The position numbers and the translations under genes were made by a program. A stretch of 64,000 bases of DNA. It comes from Ascidiella aspersa (taxonomy: Eukaryota). Location: assembly GCA_963924565.1 (NCBI GenBank), contig OZ004609.1, forward strand, positions 31,186,001-31,250,000, given 5' to 3'. Below, piece after piece: positions 1 through 12,000 of the stretch; the first letter of the stretch is position 1; every line of letters starts with the position of its first letter. The notes under the pieces are model-generated. The model made no database searches, had not been told where the DNA came from, and saw nothing but the letters and a program-made list of their open reading frames with translations.

Positions 1-1719
1 CAATACTTAGACTTGCTCATCTCTATAGGTACAAATTTTTTAACGCCTAAAGAGTGAGTCTGAGCAATGCAATTTTCTATAGTCAAGTAATTCTTAAACT
101 GTGAGAATATAATTTTATAATATTATTTCGGTTATTTTGGCGATGATTGTAAATCCTATCTTTGACCACATAACAAACCAACGGTAGTAGGGCTACTGCC
201 TTTAAATTAAAGGTTTACTATTTATTGGAGAATTAGCAAGTTATTTTAATATGATTTATTCATTTGATTGGTAGCGATGCCTTTTCAATTTGTTTAAAGG
301 GTGATTTAAAAACAACACTAATATTTTAGACGTAGCGACGCTAAAGAACCATACTTATAGTGCGTGGTAATTGTCTTATTTTTCTGTATAGTAGTTTTAG
401 CAGTCTAGAACGACAACAGGGGTAAAAATGTGGAACAAACACGGCAAATATCTCGGGAAAAATGTGTTACTGTGTTAGGTTTGAATTAGCTTCTTAAGGT
501 TGGGAAGCACTGCCTTTATTTTGTCTGATCTAAACTCCTCTAACTGGGATTTAAAAAAAATAATAATTAACAATTAAGGGTGCGCTCAAAATCTGTTAAC
601 GATTACTGGAGAAATAAAATGAAATAAAACGCTTATATTAACCCGTTTGTTATCCTACGTTTTCGTGAATATTTTAGCCAGTCATTTTGGATTTTTTTCA
701 AGATTCGCTCACAATTCTTTTTAAAGATGTTTAAAACTAATTTTCGTTTATCATTGTGTAACACCGTGAAAAAATCTTCGTTATTTTACTAACTGACCAA
801 ATAGCTGATGAAGATCTGAAACTTCAAACAAGACGTGATTTGAAACGTGTTATAATTATTTTTGATTGCTCGTTCAAACCGCGGCAAAGCAGTGAAAATC
901 AACAGCGACATAAAGCTGCGTAAGTACAATAGAGCAAAATTAATAAGAAAAAACTAGAAAAGCGTCTAAGACTGGAAAATGAGAGACGGACATACGTGAA
1001 CTGTTTTAAAGGGGGCGTACTTTAAAAACACCGCATGGGGTGCTTTAGAGTTTGGCAAGAAGGTTACACTTCACGACAAATTGTTTCCGAAGCAACGTTT
1101 GTTCAAACCAAAGCGATTTTCCGATTTCGCGACAATGCGTCAAACTTAACAAAGCGACCTTTTTTGTTTATGGTGCCACAAAAACGAAAGATAAAAACAG
1201 TGAGGTTAATTGGGTGGAAAATTACCATTAGCGAGCTGACAACCGTTAAGGTACACGAATGTTCTCGCTTAAAAGTCTTTTATCTATAAAAACAAACAGG
1301 GCTATAAACTGAAAATATTCTGCACGAAGCGATTTTCACCTTGGGTTACGAACTGGGGTTGCGTTGAGTTGAAATTTACCGCGTAACATTTCACGTTAAG
1401 AAGACGGCTTAGAAGGTACCAAAAATGACCAATAATAGAAAGCTAAAAACAACCACAGCTTACATTTCCCTTTCAAAAAGGGCCGGTAAAAAATTTACCC
1501 CGTTTTACAAAACAGGATAGAAAAGTCGCTCATGCAAATCTTCCACAGGTGACAAAAGTATACAACTGAGCAGTGAGCATGTAAGCGTTTAGCAATTAGA
1601 AACCTGTCTTAAGCGGCTCTGTGCAAAGCAAGTGGCCGCAAGAAGGCATTCAAACATCTGATCAGTTAAAACAACATTCCTCGAATATTTTGGAGAGGTT
1701 GGACCATAAATTTATTCAG

Positions 1720-2768
1720 GATTTAATGTTAACCATTTGGACATCGCACCCCGGTACGCCAGCATACTCATGGGACTCTCCAACGGGGCCGGGACCCTGT
1801 CGGGGATGATTTGCCCCTTAATTGTCAGTTACGTCACAACCGACAAGGTGGGTATGAAATTACGTAAGGATATTGGTTTGGTCGTTTATCAATTAGAAGC
1901 GAGTGGCTTACTTTGGTTTGTGAGCCTCATTTATCGTTTTAAGGGCTCGCCTACAAAAGTTTTAAGCTGAAATATACAAGACTGTGTTTAGATCGCATTA
2001 CAGTTGTTTTTTTGCTTATAATACAGCAAACCAACACACATTTTTTGTGTAACCTGATACATATGGAGGGTCATTTGTGCAATGCTCTTATTAATATAAA
2101 GTGTTTTGGCATCGATAAACTATTTCTTCAAAGAAGAAAACGGATTTAAAATTATGCAATGTAGGTTGGAATTTTAACTCTTTTTTTTGTAGCATGCACT
2201 AAAATACCAAATTTTGGCTGGTCGTTCCCCAAAGCGCTGCGACGGAACAGACCACTCTGTTCCGAAACTCGCGTTTGCTAAACAACCTTTTCTTTTTCAG
2301 ACGGAGGGCGACTGGAAGTTGGTCTTCACCATCGCGTCTTGCATCCACTTCAGCGGCGTCATCTTCTACGGCTTCTTCGCGTCGGGCGAGCGCCAGCCCT
2401 GGGCCGACCCGCCGCAAGAGGAACGCGGCATCCTGGACGCCGACGACGGCGACTTCCCGCCTGCGGGCCCGTGGCGCCCCATTTCCCGCGAGTTCTCGAG
2501 TAGCGACTCGATGTTTCGCGCCGATTCGCCGCCGGACCGCTACGTCAAAAGGTCGGTGATAAACAACGGCGCAGCTTCCAACGGTTTTTCGGTCACTTCT
2601 TCGGACTTGTCCGACGCGTCGCTGGCCGACCGGACTTCGCCCCCACTGGCCGGCAAGCGCACCACCTACGTCACGTCGCGTCTGACGTCGGACGGGCCGT
2701 CCTATGACGTCACCACCGAGGCGGTGCAGGCGCCGTCGATGGACTATTGCGAGCGGGACGGCGAGTAG
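1720..2768 (+). CDS. Vesicular glutamate transporter (VGLUT, SLC17A6/7/8-like), last two coding exons, copy A (1720-1847, 2301-2768)
   Basis: The spliced peptide [36 protein letters not shown]...K|[35 protein letters not shown] matches VGLUT C-terminal TM motifs. Boundaries are AG/GT with a phase-0 join; stop TAG ends at 2768. Upstream exons are outside the window, so this copy may be a non-functional duplicate. Confidence 0.9.
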
Positions 2769-3280
2769 TGACGATTTAGGCGGAATACTACTGGATCGCT
2801 TTTCGCAGTCGATATTTATGTGGTTATGTTGGGAATACATGTGGGATTTAGTTGAAGTTAGTTTTAATGCCCTTTCACTTTATTTATTACGGCCTACACA
2901 AGTCTGCTAGGGTAAGCATAGATAACAACTGTATTCAGTACTGAATGAAACAAGTCATTAATCACAACAGCTTCTTTGGAAGGTAATACCATCCCACAGT
3001 AGCTATTTGGATTAATATCATATCTGGTAGCAACAATTTATATAAAACATGCCAGTTGGCCTCAAAATTCCTATTTAAACATTTCCAATAATGTTATTAT
3101 TAATAATACGACATTACCCGACCACCCCAATGCTGAGAAATAAAACACAGGCTATACGAAACGACCATTGGGTACAAAGATTAAACAACCCCAAACGCAT
3201 CAAGCTCTGGTCAAGTCGAATCTAACCGAAGCATGAATCAATTTTCATTATAAAACTTTATTCTTTAGGTTTTAAGTTGC

Positions 3281-3286
3281 AATAAA
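3281..3286 (+). promoter_or_regulatory. Candidate polyadenylation signal (AATAAA) for the VGLUT 3' UTR (repeated at 7363)
   Basis: AATAAA about 510 nt after the stop; another AATAAA lies at ~3139. Confidence 0.35.
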
Positions 3287-5801
3287 CATTTGTCGAACAT
3301 TATTGGACTTCGTTTTCTAAACGGTAATTTTGAAACACGTACAAATCCTTTAAAATGCGCACTAACTTATGAAAAACAATTCGAAAAACTACTTTTCGGG
3401 TAGGCTATATAATTCAAATACTGTCATAATCATTTTTTGCTCTATTTGTAAATATTTTATCCTAGATTCGGCAATGTTACAGCGAAAAGCGTTAACCTAC
3501 AAAATTGCAATATTGTCAAACACTTGTACAAGCATTAGGCTACAGTGGCGCATTACGATCGAAGCTTTTGCGTTTATCACTGAATTAGATTGAATCCGTG
3601 ACGTAAATAACATCTATTATTTATGCAGTTCTCCTATAATTGTGCTGCGGAAAGTTACACATGCAACTTTTACAGGTACAAGAAATGTCTAGTAAGAGAA
3701 GCAAGAACTAACCTTGTAACTGCTGAACACATAAATTGTTAGTTACAAGGCTAATATTTTGCGGCAAGCGCTATTCGTTTTACTTTGTTTTCAAATCGCA
3801 CAATTGTAAGTTTCCCTGTTTTGTCTTGTTCCTTTAATAGCAATAGTGTTTGTTGATGTACAAATAGAAAATATATCTATCTTCACTTTTATGTGTTTTA
3901 TTTATTTCGACTGTGCGTCGTAATGTGAAAAATCTTCAATCAAATTTTATTTATTCCCTGTATACGTCAGACGTCGGTGCTACAGATCGCCAAAATTATA
4001 ATGTAGTTTTCTTTCTCGTAATACAAAATATATGATATAAACTGCTTGCTTGAATGTAAGAAACTGAGAGGGTGAAACCTAGCAATACTTAGACTTGCTC
4101 ATCTCTATAGGTACAATTTTTTTAACGCCTAAAGAGTGAGTCTGAGCAATGCAATTTTCTATAGTCAAGTAATTCTTAAACTGTGAGAATATAATTTTAT
4201 AATATTATTTCGGTTATTTTGGCGATGATTGTAAATCCTATCTTTGACCACATAACAAACCAACGGTAGTAGGGCTACTGCCTTTAAATTAAAGGTTTAC
4301 TATTTATTGGAGAATTAGCAAGTTATTTTAATATGATTTATTCATTTGATTGGTAGCGATGCCTTTTCAATTTGTTTAAAGGGTGATTTAAAAACAACAC
4401 TAATATTTTAGACGTAGCGACGCTAAAGAACCATACTTATAGTGCGTGGTAATTGTCTTATTTTTCTGTATAGTAGTTTTAGCAGTCTAGAACGACAACA
4501 GGGGTAAAAATGTGGAACAAACACGGCAAATATCTCGGGAAAAATGTGTTACTGTGTTAGGTTTGAATTAGCTTCTTAAGGTTGGGAAGCACTGCCTTTA
4601 TTTTGTCTGATCTAAACTCCTCTAACTGGGATTTAAAAAAAATAATAATTAACAATTAAGGGTGCGCTCAAAATCTGTTAACGATTACTGGAGAAATAAA
4701 ATGAAATAAAACGCTTATATTAACCCGTTTGTTATCCTACGTTTTCGTGAATATTTTAGCCAGTCATTTTGGATTTTTTTCAAGATTCGCTCACAATTCT
4801 TTTTAAAGATGTTTAAAACTAATTTTCGTTTATCATTGTGTAACACCGTGAAAAAATCTTCGTTATTTTACTAACTGACCAAATAGCTGATGAAGATCTG
4901 AAACTTCAAACAAGACGTGATTTGAAACGTGTTATAATTATTTTTGATTGCTCGTTCAAACCGCGGCAAAGCAGTGAAAATCAACAGCGACATAAAGCTG
5001 CGTAAGTACAATAGAGCAAAATTAATAAGAAAAAACTAGAAAAGCGTCTAAGACTGGAAAATGAGAGACGGACATACGTGAACTGTTTTAAAGGGGGCGT
5101 ACTTTAAAAACACCGCATGGGGTGCTTTAGAGTTTGGCAAGAAGGTTACACTTCACGACAAATTGTTTCCGAAGCAACGTTTGTTCAAACCAAAGCGATT
5201 TTCCGATTTCGCGACAATGCGTCAAACTTAACAAAGCGACCTTTTTTGTTTATGGTGCCACAAAAACGAAAGATAAAAACAGTGAGGTTAATTGGGTGGA
5301 AAATTACCATTAGCGAGCTGACAACCGTTAAGGTACACGAATGTTCTCGCTTAAAAGTCTTTTATCTATAAAAACAAACAGGGCTATAAACTGAAAATAT
5401 TCTGCACGAAGCGATTTTCACCTTGGGTTACGAACTGGGGTTGCGTTGAGTTGAAATTTACCGCGTAACATTTCACGTTAAGAAGACGGCTTAGAAGGTA
5501 CCAAAAATGACCAATAATAGAAAGCTAAAAACAACCACAGCTTACATTTCCCTTTCAAAAAGGGCCGGTAAAAAATTTACCCCGTTTTACAAAACAGGAT
5601 AGAAAAGTCGCTCATGCAAATCTTCCACAGGTGACAAAAGTATACAACTGAGCAGTGAGCATGTAAGCGTTTAGCAATTAGAAACCTGTCTTAAGCGGCT
5701 CTGTGCAAAGCAAGTGGCCGCAAGAAGGCATTCAAACATCTGATCAGTTAAAACAACATTCCTCGAATATTTTGGAGAGGTTGGACCATAAATTTATTCA
5801 G

Positions 5802-6850
5802 GATTTAATGTTAACCATTTGGACATCGCACCCCGGTACGCCAGCATACTCATGGGACTCTCCAACGGGGCCGGGACCCTGTCGGGGATGATTTGCCCCT
5901 TAATTGTCAGTTACGTCACAACCGACAAGGTGGGTATGAAATTACGTAAGGATATTGGTTTGGTCGTTTATCAATTAGAAGCGAGTGGCTTACTTTGGTT
6001 TGTGAGCCTCATTTATCGTTTTAAGGGCTCGCCTACAAAAGTTTTAAGCTGAAATATACAAGACTGTGTTTAGATCGCATTACAGTTGTTTTTTTGCTTA
6101 TAATACAGCAAACCAACACACATTTTTTGTGTAACCTGATACATATGGAGGGTCATTTGTGCAATGCTCTTATTAATATAAAGTGTTTTGGCATCGATAA
6201 ACTATTTCTTCAAAGAAGAAAACGGATTTAAAATTATGCAATGTAGGTTGGAATTTTAACTCTTTTTTTTGTAGCATGCACTAAAATACCAAATTTTGGC
6301 TGGTCGTTCCCCAAAGCGCTGCGACGGAACAGACCACTCTGTTCCGAAACTCGCGTTTGCTAAACAACCTTTTCTTTTTCAGACGGAGGGCGACTGGAAG
6401 TTGGTCTTCACCATCGCGTCTTGCATCCACTTCAGCGGCGTCATCTTCTACGGCTTCTTCGCGTCGGGCGAGCGCCAGCCCTGGGCCGACCCGCCGCAAG
6501 AGGAACGCGGCATCCTGGACGCCGACGACGGCGACTTCCCGCCTGCGGGCCCGTGGCGCCCCATTTCCCGCGAGTTCTCGAGTAGCGACTCGATGTTTCG
6601 CGCCGATTCGCCGCCGGACCGCTACGTCAAAAGGTCGGTGATAAACAACGGCGCAGCTTCCAACGGTTTTTCGGTCACTTCTTCGGACTTGTCCGACGCG
6701 TCGCTGGCCGACCGGACTTCGCCCCCACTGGCCGGCAAGCGCACCACCTACGTCACGTCGCGTCTGACGTCGGACGGGCCGTCCTATGACGTCACCACCG
6801 AGGCGGTGCAGGCGCCGTCGATGGACTATTGCGAGCGGGACGGCGAGTAG
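5802..6850 (+). CDS. VGLUT last two exons, duplicated copy B (5802-5929, 6383-6850)
   Basis: Identical to copy A shifted by 4082 bp; no 5' exons lie between the copies, so it is probably a partial pseudo-copy. Confidence 0.85.
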
Positions 6851-9800
6851 TGACGATTTAGGCGGAATACTACTGGATCGCTTTTCGCAGTCGATATTTA
6901 TGTGGTTATGTTGGGAATACATGTGGGATTTAGTTGAAGTTAGTTTTAATGCCCTTTCACTTTATTTATTACGGCCTACACAAGTCTGCTAGGGTAAGCA
7001 TAGATAACAACTGTATTCAGTACTGAATGAAACAAGTCATTAATCACAACAGCTTCTTTGGAAGGTAATACCATCCCACAGTAGCTATTTGGATTAATAT
7101 CATATCTGGTAGCAACAATTTATATAAAACATGCCAGTTGGCCTCAAAATTCCTATTTAAACATTTCCAATAATGTTATTATTAATAATACGACATTACC
7201 CGACCACCCCAATGCTGAGAAATAAAACACAGGCTATACGAAACGACCATTGGGTACAAAGATTAAACAACCCCAAACGCATCAAGCTCTGGTCAAGTCG
7301 AATCTAACCGAAGCATGAATCAATTTTCATTATAAAACTTTATTCTTTAGGTTTTAAGTTGCAATAAACATTTGTCGAACATTATTGGACTTCGTTTTCT
7401 AAACGGTAATTTTGAAACACGTACAAATCCTTTAAAATGCGCACTAACTTATGAAAAACAATTCGAAAAACTACTTTTCGGGTAGGCTATATAATTCAAA
7501 TACTGTCATAATCATTTTTTGCTCTATTTGTAAATATTTTATCCTAGATTCGGCAATGTTACAGCGAAAAGCGTTAACCTACAAAATTGCAATATTGTCA
7601 AACACTTGTACAAGCATTAGGCTACAGTGGCGCATTACGATCGAAGCTTTTGCGTTTATCACTGAATTAGATTGAATCCGTGACGTAAATAACATCTATT
7701 ATTTATGCAGTTCTCCTATAATTGTGCTGCGGAAAGTTACACATGCAACTTTTACAGGTACAAGAAATGTCTAGTAAGAGAAGCAAGAACTAACCTTGTA
7801 ACTGCTGAACACATAAATTGTTAGTTACAAGGCTAATATTTTGCGGCAAGCGCTATTCGTTTTACTTTGTTTTCAAATCGCACAATTGTAAGTTTCCCTG
7901 TTTTGTCTTGTTCCTTTAATAGCAATAGTGTTTGTTGATGTACAAATAGAAAATATATCTATCTTCACTTTTATGTGTTTTATTTATTTCGACTGTGCGT
8001 CGTAATGTGAAAAATCTTCAATCAAATTTTATTTATTCCCTGTATACGTCAGACGTCGGTGCTACAGATCGCCAAAATTATAATGTAGTTTTCTTTCTCG
8101 TAATACAAAATATATGATATAAACTGCTTGCTTGAATGTAAGAAACTGAGAGGGTGAAACCTAGCAATACTTAGACTTGCTCATCTCTATAGGTACAAAT
8201 TTTTTAACGCCTAAAGAGTGAGTCTGAGCAATGCAATTTTCTATAGTCAAGTAATTCTTAAACTGTGAGAATATAATTTTATAATATTATTTCGGTTATT
8301 TTGGCGATGATTGTAAATCCTATCTTTGACCACATAACAAACCAACGGTAGTAGGGCTACTGCCTTTAAATTAAAGGTTTACTATTTATTGGAGAATTAG
8401 CAAGTTATTTTAATATGATTTATTCATTTGATTGGTAGCGATGCCTTTTCAATTTGTTTAAAGGGTGATTTAAAAACAACACTAATATTTTAGACGTAGC
8501 GACGCTAAAGAACCATACTTATAGTGCGTGGTAATTGTCTTATTTTTCTGTATAGTAGTTTTAGCAGTCTAGAACGACAACAGGGGTAAAAATGTGGAAC
8601 AAACACGGCAAATATCTCGGGAAAAATGTGTTACTGTGTTAGGTTTGAATTAGCTTCTTAAGGTTGGGAAGCACTGCCTTTATTTTGTCTGATCTAAACT
8701 CCTCTAACTGGGATTTAAAAAAAATAATAATTAACAATTAAGGGTGCGCTCAAAATCTGTTAACGATTACTGGAGAAATAAAATGAAATAAAACGCTTAT
8801 ATTAACCCGTTTGTTATCCTACGTTTTCGTGAATATTTTAGCCAGTCATTTTGGATTTTTTTCAAGATTCGCTCACAATTCTTTTTAAAGATGTTTAAAA
8901 CTAATTTTCGTTTATCATTGTGTAACACCGTGAAAAAATCTTCGTTATTTTACTAACTGACCAAATAGCTGATGAAGATCTGAAACTTCAAACAAGACGT
9001 GATTTGAAACGTGTTATAATTATTTTTGATTGCTCGTTCAAACCGCGGCAAAGCAGTGAAAATCAACAGCGACATAAAGCTGCGTAAGTACAATAGAGCA
9101 AAATTAATAAGAAAAAACTAGAAAAGCGTCTAAGACTGGAAAATGAGAGACGGACATACGTGAACTGTTTTAAAGGGGGCGTACTTTAAAAACACCGCAT
9201 GGGGTGCTTTAGAGTTTGGCAAGAAGGTTACACTTCACGACAAATTGTTTCCGAAGCAACGTTTGTTCAAACCAAAGAGATTTTCCGATTACGCGACAAT
9301 GCGTCAAACTTAACAAAGCGACCTTTTTTGTTTATGGTGCCACAAAAACGAAAGATAAAAACAGTGAGGTTAATTGGGTGGAAAATTACCATTAGCGAGC
9401 TGACAACCGTTAAGGTACACGAATGTTCTCGCTTAAAAGTCTTATATCTATAAAAACAAACAGGGCTATAAACTGAAAATATTCTGCACGAAGCGATTTT
9501 CACCTTGGGTTACGAACTGGGGTTGCGTTGAGTTGAAATTTACCGCGTAACATTTCACGTTAAGAAGACGGCTTAGAAGGTACCAAAAATGACCAATAAT
9601 AGAAAGCTAAAAACAACCACAGCTTACATTTCCCTTTCAAAAAGGGCCGGTAAAAAATTTACCCCGTTTTACAAAACAGGATAGAAAAGGCGCTCATGCA
9701 AATCTTCCACAGGTGACAAAAGTATACAACTGAGCAGTGAGCATGTAAGCGTTTAGCAATTAGAAACCTGTCTTAAGCGGCTCTGTGCAAAGCAAGTGGC

Positions 9801-12000
9801 CGCAAGAAGGCATTCAAACATCTGATCAGTTAAAACAACATTCCTCGAATATTTTGGAGAGGTTGGACCATAAACCGTTGTAAAAGCAGCGGCATCGTTT
9901 AGTGGGTTCCTCCCATCGTTTTGCCTTTGCCGTTTAATACTAAACGCTGTACGTCCAAGCGGCAACACAGCTGAACTCCACGAGAAAACAATCCTCGATA
10001 CTCACTCAATCATGTACGCGAAGCTCAAAAGTCTCTTTCAGAGAGAGTTTAAAGTGCAATTGACGCGCGAAAACAATTTCTCATATACTTTGTACAAGAT
10101 AACGTAACACTTCATTTAATACTCGCGAATGCATTCTAAACCCGCTGCGACGCTTTGCCCGATATCTTGAATGCGGAAACGTTAGTGTTGGTGTTAAGAG
10201 GGTGACATTAAAAATGCAGCCGAAATATCACTTGAAAGATGTTGTTTTTTTCGCACAAAAGCTCGGCCCGCTGGTTAACATTTATTTAGGGGTACAAGCA
10301 AGCCTACTTTATGAGTTAATATAGCACCAACAATACCATACTTTAAGTAAAGTAAGATCAACGCCCAATATGCATGAGCCCTACGTTTAAAGTTTTCCTG
10401 ACAAATTCAAACCAAATGATTTGTTATTATTACTAAAAAAAACGTAACTATCAAGTATATTTAAAACCCTGTTTTTTTAAACAGAAACGGGGCGAAAGAT
10501 ATAAAAGCTCTTAAAAAAAACATGCTTTCGAAAAACATGCCATGGTCATCATCTATCACACAACCTCTTTGTTACGTCACAGTGGTGAATTAAAATCCGG
10601 TTCGGTTTAGCGCAAAAAAGTGCACAGGAAACAAGAAATATAAAACTCAAGCGGGCGGGTATAGGGGCGCGATTGAAGACAGCTCTTAAGATTTGTTTTG
10701 AAATGAAAAAGTACACAATGAAAAAGTACAGTAATGACGTTCAACCAAATCAGATAGAAACTTTGTACCTTCACAATATGCTGATGGCTTCCCAAGAACG
10801 GCGAATGCTTCGAATTTACTAGAGGAGGGAGTTATTAAAAGGGAGTCACAGGATTTGAATGACAATGTGGTTATCGTGCGTATGTTAAGCCACACATGGG
10901 GCTTTTTGCAAGACTGGTGCTTTCTTATTGAAAAAAATGCTGTATATAAAATCAGTGTTTGGCCGGTGAAAGATATTTTTAGTAACGGCGTAGCCAATCC
11001 ACGCCAACTATACAAAAATGTTCATGTTGAACAGAAGAATAAAAAAAATATGTAAATTTGTTTTTTAAGCTTCAATTTCCAGAATTACCGAAGAACAAGA
11101 ACAGCAGAAATACGTACAGCGAAATGTCACTGTAGATTCAACTAAAGAGTATTTATCTTTTTAAAGAACATTTAATTTTAAAAGTTGCCGCAACTCACTA
11201 AGAAGGACACACAAGTATAACAGTGGCACAAAAAAAAAAACAGAAAAAACGCTCGCGAACTTTCCAAACACCTTGTAGTACAGTTTGGCCGGAGCCAGGT
11301 TTTGCAACATCATTTGATGCATTAAAACGTCAGGAGTTAGGGTTTAACCAAACGTTGCGCAGTTTCAAGCGGCCGCAAAAAAGTCAGCCGCCTCGTGTTT
11401 GATTCTTCATACCGTTTTATTTCGCCCTTCGGCGGGTAATTTTAGCTTACGCTCCAGCCCAGAAATTAGCCCAGAAATCGGACGTATCTGTCATAGCTGG
11501 ACTAGGGACGATTTGCAAGCGCCTATACGTAATTTGGTTGTTCTTGTAGCGTGTGGTGCTTTTGCAACGCGCGATTTACGAAAAAACAACCGGAAAACGC
11601 GTAGACGCGTTAGTTGGCACTTTTCCGAAACACAAACCGTATATTTAACCGCCAAGTGGAGGTACGTATCGTTCTCGTAACATTGCTTTGAAGACACTTC
11701 TTCCATCCGTTCGATCTCGCAGTCGAATAGGCGGGCGCGACAAACTTGGTATTTGTTCGAGAGCACCCTGAGACATTTAATCTTAGTGAGCTAAGAAGGA
11801 AAACCATCAAAGCACAAGGTTCGAAACGAACAAGCAGGCAATCGACAAGCGTGGGGCACGGGGATTTCCCGTGGGGTATTTACAGGACCCCAGTTGGCCC
11901 AAATCGGTAAAGGCCCGAACGGCCCAGGCCCTGTTGGCCCAACCACCCATAAATCACGGCGCAAAACGAGACTCGGATCCGCAAACGTCGCGAACCTTTA

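Larger units (their letters stand above)
1..9874. repeat. Tandem segmental duplication, 4082-bp period (full units 1711-5792 and 5793-9874; 1-1710 is the tail of a preceding copy)
   Basis: The sequence and ORF track recur at +4082 and +8164. Identity ends after GGACCATAAA at 9874 (followed by CCGTTG instead of TTTATTCAG). Only a few substitutions separate the copies. Confidence 0.98.

Noticed and set aside
805-830. CTGATGA-AGATCT-GAAAC hammerhead-like string in the tandem unit
   Set aside because: Stem II is too short to form and there is no convincing stem I or III pairing.
1035-1289. 84-aa ORF repeated three times
   Set aside because: It recurs only because of the tandem duplication; no motif, and the differences between copies change amino acids.
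2199-2840. 213-aa minus-strand ORF (and its copy at 6281-6922)
   Set aside because: Antisense shadow of the GC-rich VGLUT last exon.
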